From Lachnospiraceae bacterium UBA2860 (GTDB lineage: Bacteria; Bacillota; Clostridia; Lachnospirales; Lachnospiraceae), in the NCBI GenBank assembly GCA_002350625.1, contig DEFE01000028.1:18561-82560 (forward strand): a stretch of DNA of 64,000 bases, read 5' to 3'. This document shows positions 53,592 through 61,388 of the stretch, piece by piece (the first letter of the stretch is position 1; the number at the start of each line of letters is the position of its first letter). The notes beneath the pieces were generated by a model. The model did no database searches, was not told the origin of the DNA, and saw only the letters and a list, made by a program, of their open reading frames with translations. The position numbers were made by a program, and so were the translations under genes.

Positions 53592-54749
53592 TTACTTAGT
53601 GATTTTGATTGTCAGCTTTTTCTTCACTTTCCCGCTCTTCACCGTGATCGTCGCGGTTCCGCGTTTTTTCGCCTTGACGGTCCCGGTCTTCGTCACCGTG
53701 GCAACCTTCTTGTCCGAGCTTATGATCTTTGTGGCCTGACTTGTCGTGATCGGCGTGATCTCGAGTTTCAGATTGATCTTCTTCCCGACCTTCATCGTTT
53801 TTGGTTTATTGCGGATCACGATCTTTTTCGTCTTAACGGGTTTCTTCTGGACTTTGACCTTGAATTTCCAGGTCGCGCCGTATTTGGTCGTGACTGTGAT
53901 GACGACGGCCTTCTTGCTCACCTTAAGTCCCTTCAGCCAGATCTTTTTGCCGCTCTTCCCTGCCTTGACGATCTTACTGTCGGAAGAGACGACCTTGTCA
54001 AGCGCGTCGCCCGCGCCAAGTGTCGCGACAATCTTAGCGACCTTCTTCCCTTTCTGCACCGGGACAGTGGCGTTCTTCTTGACGTTCAGCGAAAATGCCT
54101 CGACGGCTGCCTTTTTGGCTGCTTCCTGCTTCGCGGCCTCTGCTTTTTCCTGTTCTTCTTTCTGGGCCGCGGCCGCCTTCTCTTCTACCTTCTTTATCTC
54201 CTTTGCGACGTCCTCGATCTTTTTCTTTGCCTCACCCAGCGTTTCAAGCAGTTTTTCTTTTACAGTGTCTTCGATCCTGCCGCCGACATTTTCGATCATC
54301 GGCTTTACCAGCTCGATCGCGAGCTTCACCGATTCCAGTTTACTTTTTGCCTCTTTGACCTCTTCCGCTATCCTGGTCCGCACGGCGTCACTGATCACAC
54401 CGCCGGCCTGGCTGACAAGGAGCTTTAGCAAATCGATCTTAATCTTAACGTCATTGAGCTTTTCCTTCGCCTCGCCGAGCTTCTCCTCGATCGCTCCGGC
54501 CACCGCCTCGGCGATGCCGCTCGCTTTCACTCTGGCAACGACGAGATCGACCGCGCTGCCGACCGCGGTTTTCGCTTCTGACCACAGCTCCTCAAGCCTC
54601 ATGATGCCGTAAGGATCGGACCCTGTGTCTCCGTCCGCAGCAAAGACAGGCGCTGCCTGCAGCACCAGCGCACACGCGAGCAGCATGGCCAAAAAGCTGC
54701 TTCTCAATGAAAAGGCCCGGCCGGCTGTCATTCCTCTCTTATTCCTCAT
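53592..54749 (-). CDS. Secreted coiled-coil protein with two C-terminal Big_2-like domains, Lys-rich
   Basis: Signal peptide ...LLACALVLQAAPVFA. Heptad-like EAK/EKL-rich centre. C-terminal Ig-like segments (…ISSDKKVATVTKTGTVKAKKRGTATITV). Confidence 0.65.
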   Translation of the reverse strand: MRNKRGMTAGRAFSLRSSFLAMLLACALVLQAAPVFAADGDTGSDPYGIMRLEELWSEAKTAVGSAVDLVVARVKASGIAEAVAGAIEEKLGEAKEKLNDVKIKIDLLKLLVSQAGGVISDAVRTRIAEEVKEAKSKLESVKLAIELVKPMIENVGGRIEDTVKEKLLETLGEAKKKIEDVAKEIKKVEEKAAAAQKEEQEKAEAAKQEAAKKAAVEAFSLNVKKNATVPVQKGKKVAKIVATLGAGDALDKVVSSDSKIVKAGKSGKKIWLKGLKVSKKAVVITVTTKYGATWKFKVKVQKKPVKTKKIVIRNKPKTMKVGKKINLKLEITPITTSQATKIISSDKKVATVTKTGTVKAKKRGTATITVKSGKVKKKLTIKITK

Positions 54750-54837
54750 TTTCCTTCCCTCCTGTTTTCCGCGTCACCCGTTTGGAAAGTACTCTTTGCA
54801 ACTTTATCATAGCATAGAACGCGTCCCGAGACATCCG

Positions 54838-55236
54838 TCATAATTTGAACGCCGTCCCGACAAACTGCGCGACCCACCGGCCGGTATCATCCGTCACGTC
54901 CACATTGATCACGGTCGTGGTCTTCCCGCTCTTGATCGCGCGGGCTTTGGCAAACAGCTGCTCTCCCTTCGGCGCGTTCAGATAGGTGATGCTGACCTGC
55001 TGTGCAACGGACGGCAGATGGATCTGGTTCGCCGTCACGGCGAGGGCGAGATCCGCCAGCGTGAAGATCGCGCCGCCCATCACGCCGCCGTAGGCATTTC
55101 TGTGCTGATCCGTAATCGTCATGCTGCAGGTGCAGCCGTTCTCCTCCATGGCGTCGAGATGCATCCCGCTGCCTGTCGCGAAGCGGTCGTTCTTAAATGC
55201 TTCCTGTGCTTCCTCCAGTGTTTTATATGTTCCCAT
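54838..55236 (-). CDS. PaaI-family hotdog-fold thioesterase
   Basis: ATG at 55236. NAYGGVMGGAIFTLADLALA is the typical PaaI/4HBT block. Confidence 0.8.
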   Translation of the reverse strand: MGTYKTLEEAQEAFKNDRFATGSGMHLDAMEENGCTCSMTITDQHRNAYGGVMGGAIFTLADLALAVTANQIHLPSVAQQVSITYLNAPKGEQLFAKARAIKSGKTTTVINVDVTDDTGRWVAQFVGTAFKL

Positions 55237-55433
55237 AGTCTTCCTTCCCCGAATTAGTGTCCTATCATTGTAGCAAATCTTTGTGCAAGATGCGAGCGGC
55301 AAAGAGGCAAACGCGCGCGACGGCAGCCGCCGATTCATGCTATACTAACTGTGACCGGTCATCGATGCGGCGGAAAGGAATTTTCTACTTTATCCGGAAG
55401 GGATAACATCATTTTTATGCGAGGTATAGTGCA

Positions 55434-56264
55434 ATGAGTATTAACCGTTACGTGAAGCAGCTGCGGGATTCTTATCGTGAGGACAAGAAGGCCTTCATCT
55501 TCTTTTCCGTTCTCCGCGTTCTGGTTCTGTTGACGCTGGTCCGGTGCCTGTTTACAAAGAACTATCAGAGCGCGGCGCTTTGTGTTCTCACGCTCGTCCT
55601 CTTCCTGGTTCCTGCCTTCGTGCAGGACAAGCTGAAGCTGTCGATCCCGCCGGTCTTTCAGATGATCATCTTCGCCTTCATCTTTGCCGCGGAGATCCTG
55701 GGCGAAGTGAACCACTATTATGTGCGGATCCCCGGATGGGACACGATGCTCCACACGATGAACGGCTTCCTGTGTGCCGCGGTCGGCTTCTCTCTCGTCT
55801 ATCTGCTGAACCGCGGCAGTAAAAATGTCAACCTCTCCCCCTTTTATCTGACACTGGTCGCCTTCTGCTTCTCCATGACGATCGGCGTCCTGTGGGAGTT
55901 CTTCGAGTTTACGATGGATCAGTTCTTCTTCCTTGACATGCAGAAGGATTTCATCGTGCAGGGCTTCGGGTCGGTGACGCTGGATCCGGCGCAGATGGGG
56001 ACGCCGATCCATGTGTCAGAGATCGTGGATACGGCGATTCACACGGCGTCCGGACAGTCGTATTCGATTCCGGGCGGCTATCTTGACATCGGCATCCTCG
56101 ATACGATGAAGGATCTCCTCGTCAACCTCGCCGGGGCGATCGTTTTCAGCATCATCGGTTATTCGACCCTGAAGTATTCCAAGTCGTCCAAGGTGGCGGA
56201 CAGCCTGATGATCAAGCCAAATGACGTACCGCAGGAAGAAAGCAGCGAGGGGAATCATGACTGA
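55434..56264 (+). CDS. Integral membrane protein, YjdF-like (low-confidence family call)
   Basis: 6-7 TM. GWDTMLHTMNGF, WEFFEF and DMQKD segments resemble my recollection of the E. coli YjdF layout. Confidence 0.5.
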   Translation: MSINRYVKQLRDSYREDKKAFIFFSVLRVLVLLTLVRCLFTKNYQSAALCVLTLVLFLVPAFVQDKLKLSIPPVFQMIIFAFIFAAEILGEVNHYYVRIPGWDTMLHTMNGFLCAAVGFSLVYLLNRGSKNVNLSPFYLTLVAFCFSMTIGVLWEFFEFTMDQFFFLDMQKDFIVQGFGSVTLDPAQMGTPIHVSEIVDTAIHTASGQSYSIPGGYLDIGILDTMKDLLVNLAGAIVFSIIGYSTLKYSKSSKVADSLMIKPNDVPQEESSEGNHD

Positions 56265-57009
56265 TCATTCCAGAAAGAAAGTCCTTGTTTTCGATATGGA
56301 CGATACGCTTTACAAGCGCTCCGATCCCTATCTGAAGACGGTAAAAGAATTCTTCCCCGGCGGCCTTCCGGTGGGGGAAGCCGAGCTCCTTGAGACCGCG
56401 CACAGCACGAAGGAGCGGCTGTTTAAGCGGCAGGCCGACGGGCTCATCTCGATGCGTGAGATGCTGATCGGGAGAACGATGGAGACCTATAAGTCCTTCG
56501 GCATCGCACTCAGCGAGGAGGAGGCCTGGCACTTCGAGACGCGCTATAAGGAAAACCTGCTCCGGATGAAAGTCTCTCCGCTTCTTTTGCAGCTGCTCGG
56601 CGATCTGGCAAAAGCCGGCTGCCGGATGGGTGTTCTGACGAACGGGGATTCGGTCCGCCAGCGGGAGAAGCTGCAGTCGCTCGGCGCGGCGGCATTTTTC
56701 CGGGAGCAGGATGTCCTGGTCACGGGAGACGTCGGCATCCCGAAACCGGAAACCGGCATTTTCCGCGCTTACGAGGAGAGAACCGGGCTTGCGCCAGGCG
56801 ACCTCTGGCTGATCGGCGATTCCTATGAGACCGACGTGTGCGGTGCGAAGCGCGCCGGCTGGCACGCCGTCTGGTTCAACTGGAGAAAAGAAACCCTGCC
56901 TGCCGGGGCGGAGAAGCCCGACCGGGAGGCAAAGACGGAGGAAGAGCTGAGCGCCGCGGTGCGCGAGCTCGCCTGTCTGCCGAACCATTTTCATACAAAG
57001 GAGGGTTAA
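56257..57009 (+). CDS. HAD-superfamily hydrolase
   Basis: Motif I VFDMDDTLY, motif II LTNG, motif IV GDSYETDV. The start overlaps the upstream gene by 8 nt. Confidence 0.85.
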   Translation: MTDHSRKKVLVFDMDDTLYKRSDPYLKTVKEFFPGGLPVGEAELLETAHSTKERLFKRQADGLISMREMLIGRTMETYKSFGIALSEEEAWHFETRYKENLLRMKVSPLLLQLLGDLAKAGCRMGVLTNGDSVRQREKLQSLGAAAFFREQDVLVTGDVGIPKPETGIFRAYEERTGLAPGDLWLIGDSYETDVCGAKRAGWHAVWFNWRKETLPAGAEKPDREAKTEEELSAAVRELACLPNHFHTKEG

Positions 57010-57011
57010 AC

Positions 57012-58160
57012 ATGAAAAAGAGAACATGTATCCGTCTTGTGCTGCTGTTTGCCTGTCTGGCCGTGATCCTGACCTGCTCTCAGGTCATCGCGTGGGCGGA
57101 AAGCAGCGTGCGCATCACAAAGCCCGTGAACGGCAGCACGATTAAGCCCGGATCCGTCGAGATCTGGACCACCTTCGACCAGCCGCAGGGAGACTGGAGC
57201 GGGAAGACGCTGGCCGCCGATTATACGCCCGTCTCGATCAGGGTTTATAAAGGGTCGACTCTGATCGACGAAAACAAGATCACGCCGTCAGGGGTTTCTT
57301 TCACCGAGAAGGGCGACCGGATCGCCGCGGTCACGCTCAGCGAAAATGGCACCTACACGATCAAGGTGAGTGTTCCGAAGACCTCGGGTGAGTGGCACAG
57401 CGTCACTTTTAATGTGTCTGACAGCGCGTCTTCCGCCGTGGAAGAAGATGACGGCCCTGCCTACAGCAGCGCCAATCCGGGGTATTTTATCCGCCCCGAG
57501 AAAACCAGCTATACGGCGGTCCCCGGAGACACGGTGACCATCAAATTCAGCATGGAGCTGGATCTGAACGCGCTGGGTTCGGGAAACAGATTTACCTATT
57601 ATTCCGACCACGTGCCCGAAGGGAGCAAGAGCCTCATCGGCTACAAGGCTTTAAGCGAGTACAAATGGGTTGAAAAAGACGGAAAATACGTCACGGACGG
57701 ATACGTCGTCTACGACTGCAAAAAGGCCGGAACGGCGAAGCTTTACATGTATACGCTCGTCAATCTGACGCGGTATGACAAGCAGGTCATCACGATCAAC
57801 ATCAAGGATCCTTCCAAAAGCTCCACAACATCAGCTGCTGCATCTTCCGTAAAAAAAGACCTTGCGTCCGTAAAGCTCCTCTCCGTGAAGCCCGCCAAAA
57901 AAGCACTGACGGTCAAGTGGAAGAAGCTCACGAGCGCAGGGCTCAAGAAAACGAAAAAGATTGAAATTCAGTACAGCACGGACAAGCTGTTCAAAAAAGC
58001 GGTCAAGACAAAGTACGCCAGTGCAAAAACCACTTCCGTGAAGATCAAGGGTCTCAAGTCGAAGAAGAAATATTACGTGCGCATCAGGGCCTATACCAAA
58101 TCCGGAAGCGTCAAACACATATCCGCCTGGTCAGCCAAAAAAGCCGCCAAAGTCAAATAA
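57012..58160 (+). CDS. Secreted protein with Ig-like N-terminal domains and an FN3-like Lys-rich C-terminal domain
   Basis: ATG at 57012. Signal peptide MKKRTCIRLVLLFACLAVILTCSQVIAWA. C-terminal KALTVKWKKL...IEIQYSTDKLFKK...YYVRIRAY is an FN3-like pattern. Confidence 0.6.
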   Translation: MKKRTCIRLVLLFACLAVILTCSQVIAWAESSVRITKPVNGSTIKPGSVEIWTTFDQPQGDWSGKTLAADYTPVSIRVYKGSTLIDENKITPSGVSFTEKGDRIAAVTLSENGTYTIKVSVPKTSGEWHSVTFNVSDSASSAVEEDDGPAYSSANPGYFIRPEKTSYTAVPGDTVTIKFSMELDLNALGSGNRFTYYSDHVPEGSKSLIGYKALSEYKWVEKDGKYVTDGYVVYDCKKAGTAKLYMYTLVNLTRYDKQVITINIKDPSKSSTTSAAASSVKKDLASVKLLSVKPAKKALTVKWKKLTSAGLKKTKKIEIQYSTDKLFKKAVKTKYASAKTTSVKIKGLKSKKKYYVRIRAYTKSGSVKHISAWSAKKAAKVK

Positions 58161-58211
58161 GTCACTGTCCGAGTATAGTCACTGCCCGAGCAAAGTCACT
58201 GCCCGAGTAAT
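58161..58211. repeat. Tandem repeat, 3 x 17 bp, filling the whole gap between convergent genes and containing the CinA-domain gene stop
   Basis: Units are GTCACTGTCCGAGTATA, GTCACTGCCCGAGCAAA and GTCACTGCCCGAGTAAT. On the minus strand each reads ..CTCGGGCAGTGAC (L G Q stop). Confidence 0.9.
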
Positions 58212-58723
58212 TGGTCCGCGAGCACGTCCGCCATGTACAGCTTGTACTGAAAGCGCGATGCCTGCGCGGGCACGCGGCAATGATAACGCTTCGTGCCGCC
58301 GCTTTCGGCAATCGCAAAGAACACTTCTCCGGGAACGCTGTCCGCATGGAGCGGATCCGCGTTCCCGAAGCTTCCGGTGACGCCGATCCCGAAATCCGCC
58401 CGGTACGTGCGGCGGCAGGCTTCTGCCATCGCAGCCGCCGTCTCGGCGGAGTACACGCCGTAAGTGTCAATGATTTCCTTCGGCACGCCCGCAAGGATCT
58501 TGGCCTCATCGCTGTACGTGACAAAAGCCCCCTTGAGAACCGCCGAGGAGCCCTCCGTGTCCGTGATGAGGGAAGCGATCTGGCCGGAGGTACAGCTCTC
58601 CATGGTCGTGATCGTGCGTCCCTGCTCGATCAGGCGCTTCGTGAGAGAGATATATTTCCCGCGGACAAGGCTTTCATCCGCAGGCCCCGTGCGGCCGGTG
58701 ATTTCAATCGTTTCCATGACCAT
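58196..58723 (-). CDS. CinA C-terminal-domain protein (nicotinamide-nucleotide amidohydrolase PncC-like)
   Basis: TMESCTSGQIASLITD...LKGAFVTYS and GIGVTG blocks are typical of the CinA/PncC domain. Confidence 0.85.
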   Translation of the reverse strand: MVMETIEITGRTGPADESLVRGKYISLTKRLIEQGRTITTMESCTSGQIASLITDTEGSSAVLKGAFVTYSDEAKILAGVPKEIIDTYGVYSAETAAAMAEACRRTYRADFGIGVTGSFGNADPLHADSVPGEVFFAIAESGGTKRYHCRVPAQASRFQYKLYMADVLADQLLGQ

Positions 58724-58775
58724 ATTCCTCGTTTCTGTCTTCGGGATGCCCGGCTGAAAAGCTCCGCCCGGCTTC

Positions 58776-59621
58776 TTAAGCTGCTTCCTGCAGCTCCGGC
58801 GCCGCGTCTCCGCTTTCTTCCGCGAAGGAATCCAGCATCTTCATGAGGATGCTCCCGGATCTGTCGGCCGCTTCATCGGAAAAGTTCAGGTAAGTGTCAC
58901 GGGCGATGCCGTCGGCTTTGTCCGACATGGACCGGATCACCACGAAAGGAACTTCATATTGCCGGCAGACAAGGGCAACGGCGGCGCCTTCCATCTCGCA
59001 GGCCAGTGCGTTAAATTCCTCCTGCAGACGCTTTACATATGACTCCGATGCGATGAACTGGTCTCCGGTGGCAATCGTTCCCTTGAAGACATGGTCGGCG
59101 CCGACAACCTCACTGGCGGCTTCATAAGCCCTGTCGACCAGATCTTCGCTGCACGCATAGCGTCCGTCATCGATGTACCCCTTTGTCCACACAAATCCGT
59201 CATTCGTCATCTGGCCGTAGTCGTGCTGGACCAGGTCTGTGGCGACCACGATATCAAGCACCTGTGTCTCGTCCCCGACGCCGCCCGCGACGCCCGTGAA
59301 CAGCACCTTTGTGATGTTGAAATTGTTCAGCATTGCGGACATCCCCGACGCTGCGAGAACCTTGCCGATCCCGGCCTTTAAAATAACGACATCCTGCCCC
59401 TGCAGTGTTCCGGCGTGGAAGTCCTCGCCGCCGATCGTCTTGACATACGAGATCTCTGCGTTCTCAAGCAGCAGGCTGATCTCGTTGCTCATGGCGGAGA
59501 TAATGCCGATTCGCGGGGTCGGATCTGTTTCCGGCGCATCCGCAGCCGGGTCTGCATAGCACACAGCAGAGAGCAGGCAGCACATGATCGCAAGCAATAT
59601 TCCTGTCTTTAAGTATTTCAT
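58776..59621 (-). CDS. mtnN: 5'-methylthioadenosine/S-adenosylhomocysteine nucleosidase with an N-terminal signal peptide
   Basis: Pfs blocks IGIISAMSNE, GIGKVLAA, TGDQF, EMEGAAVA and IRSMSDKA, preceded by MKYLKTGILLAIMCCLLSAVCYA and a Pro/Asp-rich spacer. Confidence 0.85.
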   Translation of the reverse strand: MKYLKTGILLAIMCCLLSAVCYADPAADAPETDPTPRIGIISAMSNEISLLLENAEISYVKTIGGEDFHAGTLQGQDVVILKAGIGKVLAASGMSAMLNNFNITKVLFTGVAGGVGDETQVLDIVVATDLVQHDYGQMTNDGFVWTKGYIDDGRYACSEDLVDRAYEAASEVVGADHVFKGTIATGDQFIASESYVKRLQEEFNALACEMEGAAVALVCRQYEVPFVVIRSMSDKADGIARDTYLNFSDEAADRSGSILMKMLDSFAEESGDAAPELQEAA

Positions 59622-59710
59622 CCTAAGCGTCCCTCGTTTTTTCCATCAGTTTTCATGTGATTCATTTCAGCACAAACACGCGGTTTGAACTCATCCCTGT
59701 AAACAGGAGT

Positions 59711-59733
59711 AAAAAAGCGGCCTTTACGGCCGC
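59711..59733 (-). terminator. Rho-independent terminator
   Basis: The minus strand reads GCGGCC-GTAAA-GGCCGC followed by TTTTTT. Confidence 0.8.
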
Positions 59734-59742
59734 TCATTGGGT

Positions 59743-60195
59743 TTAGTCCCAGATATCTACGCTTCCGGTATCACTGCCCTTCACCCAGTACAGCTTATTT
59801 TCATCTACGCGGACGTAGACAGCATTTGCGCCGTTCGGCACCTTTGCGGCGATCTCATCCGTAGAGATGGAGCCGCCCATCGGGCTCTCGATGATAATAT
59901 CCAACGTCGCCTTCTTGATCGCTGTTCCAACCGCATCCACAGCGTCTTTTGCTTTTCTGGCGGCCTTGCGGGTCGTCTTCTTCACTTCGATCTCTGTGGC
60001 GACGGCCTGATCCGCAACTTCTTCTTTGATCACGGCTGCTGTATCCTCTACCGTCTCTTTGACCTTGCGGCCGGCGGCGCGGACGGTCTTCTTAACTTCA
60101 ATCTCCGCGGCTACAGCGGCATCGCTTTTCATTGTGGCTTTTTTCTTGGTTTCTTCCTTCGCAGCAGTTTCGGCTGCTTTCTTTTTCTGCGGCAT
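59743..60195 (-). CDS. Lys/Ala-rich hypothetical protein with an internal ~30-aa duplication and a small globular C-terminal domain
   Basis: RBS AAGGAGG. Repeats AAEIEVKKTVRAAGRKVKETVEDTAAV and VATEIEVKKTTRKAARKAKDAVDAVGTA. The C-terminus is LDIIIESPMGG...VYVRVDENKLYWV. Confidence 0.6.
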   Translation of the reverse strand: MPQKKKAAETAAKEETKKKATMKSDAAVAAEIEVKKTVRAAGRKVKETVEDTAAVIKEEVADQAVATEIEVKKTTRKAARKAKDAVDAVGTAIKKATLDIIIESPMGGSISTDEIAAKVPNGANAVYVRVDENKLYWVKGSDTGSVDIWD

Positions 60196-60506
60196 AGTGA
60201 TGCCCCTCCTTTATATAATACTGCTATAATCATATTGTCTTCAGTGAACTTTGTAAAGTCCCCATTCTCTTTGCTATTCTGTTGAAAGCTCTTCATTATG
60301 GGCATACATAATTTCCCTCCCTACATTAATGTGACAAATTGGTACAAAACCTTTTCTAAACGGTTGTGTTTGTTTTGATGAGTGCACTTTACCATCGTCT
60401 GAAAAGGTAATAATCAGGGGGGAAAAAACTCTTCACCATTTTGGACCACGGTCATCCTACATAAAAGCACTTGTCCGGCTTTAAAGAAAATCTGCTCAAA
60501 ATGATA

Positions 60507-60529
60507 TGACAGGTGCAAAGCCCCTGTCA
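60507..60529. repeat. Palindromic element, divergent copy (TGACAGG-9 nt-CCTGTCA with ATA flank)
   Basis: Sits 4 nt downstream of the PIN gene stop. On the minus strand it is followed by ATCATTTTGA, so it is terminator-like. Confidence 0.5.
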
Positions 60530-60532
60530 CGT

Positions 60533-60952
60533 TTATCTACTGTTTCCTGCAATGATATCTATCATTTCTGCCGGTGTCACGATATAATCCCGCCTGGGGA
60601 AATGTCGTAAATTCCCGGTTATCAAATAAGCATCGTCCTCTCGTTTCTCCATGACCACTTCATAAAACACCAGATCATCCATATCTGCAAGGATTTCTCC
60701 TGTCGGACTTGGGTTAACCGCCAGTCCAAACTGGCGTATCAGTCTCAAAACCTCTGTAATCCGCTTCTCACTGAAAGAGAATTTCTTCCGGTGCAGAACT
60801 TCTTCATACTCATTAAGGATTTCCTCGTTGTATAGCGGTATGATGACACCGTCGGGAATCGCATCTACAACCTTGGCTGTTGCAGTGTCTGCTTGCTTCG
60901 TCAGCAGTGAAGAGATCAGCACATTCGTATCAAAAACAGCATAGTATCTCAT
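60533..60952 (-). CDS. PIN-domain toxin (type II TA system)
   Basis: MRYYAVFDTNVLISSLL N-terminus with the first acidic PIN residue. 139 aa. ATGA overlap with the upstream antitoxin gene. Confidence 0.8.
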   Translation of the reverse strand: MRYYAVFDTNVLISSLLTKQADTATAKVVDAIPDGVIIPLYNEEILNEYEEVLHRKKFSFSEKRITEVLRLIRQFGLAVNPSPTGEILADMDDLVFYEVVMEKREDDAYLITGNLRHFPRRDYIVTPAEMIDIIAGNSR

Positions 60953-61251
60953 CTGCTCGCCTTTCGTTCTTCTCTGGCAGCACGAATCTCTTCATTGATC
61001 TCATCCAGGGTCATTTCAGGCAAATTGGCAGCTTCTGCACGAATTTCGTCGATTACCCTCCTGGCCTCCGCTTTTGTCATTCTGGTTTCAGGCAGAACAG
61101 CCGGAAAGGGAAGCCCCCTGACCATACGTGTTCTTTCCATAAACATTCTGAAAGCAGTGTTTAAATCCATCCCCATCGCTTCGTATATCGCTACGCAATC
61201 TTCTCTAAGCGCCTTATCAGATCTGAATTGGTTCAAAACCTGCTCAGCCAT
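60949..61251 (-). CDS. RelB/DinJ-family antitoxin with a ~45-aa extra C-terminal tail
   Basis: ATG at 61251 with GAGGTGAT RBS. The IYEAMGMDLNTAFRMFMERTRMVRGLPF block is typical of DinJ/RelB ribbon-helix-helix antitoxins. Confidence 0.7.
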   Translation of the reverse strand: MAEQVLNQFRSDKALREDCVAIYEAMGMDLNTAFRMFMERTRMVRGLPFPAVLPETRMTKAEARRVIDEIRAEAANLPEMTLDEINEEIRAAREERKASR

Positions 61252-61345
61252 TCGTATCACCTCTTTAAACCAACTACATAAATAATCTATTTATATTTGT
61301 TCTGTATTTATATCATATACTATACTATGTCCGTTTTCAAGTATA

Positions 61346-61376
61346 ATATGACAAGGGGTCTGACCCTCTGTCATAA
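61346..61376. repeat. Palindromic element copy (ATATGACAAGGGGTCTGACCCTCTGTCATAA)
   Basis: Read directly. Sits 13 nt downstream of the GAF-GGDEF gene stop. Confidence 0.7.
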
Positions 61377-61388
61377 AACGCCATATGT

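Noticed and set aside
52569-54428. 619-aa ORF on the plus strand
   Set aside because: It runs antisense across two independently supported minus-strand genes (threonine dehydratase and the Big_2 surface protein) and through their intergenic spacer. The sequence is low-complexity (Arg/Leu/Gly/Asp/Phe-rich). This is a shadow ORF.
60196-60530. 335-nt AT-rich leader upstream of the Lys/Ala-rich protein gene, as a riboswitch or sRNA
   Set aside because: I could not recognise any known riboswitch core. The only features are an 11-codon mini-ORF (MYAHNEELSTE) with an RBS and the palindromic element at its distal end. This is insufficient evidence for an RNA gene.
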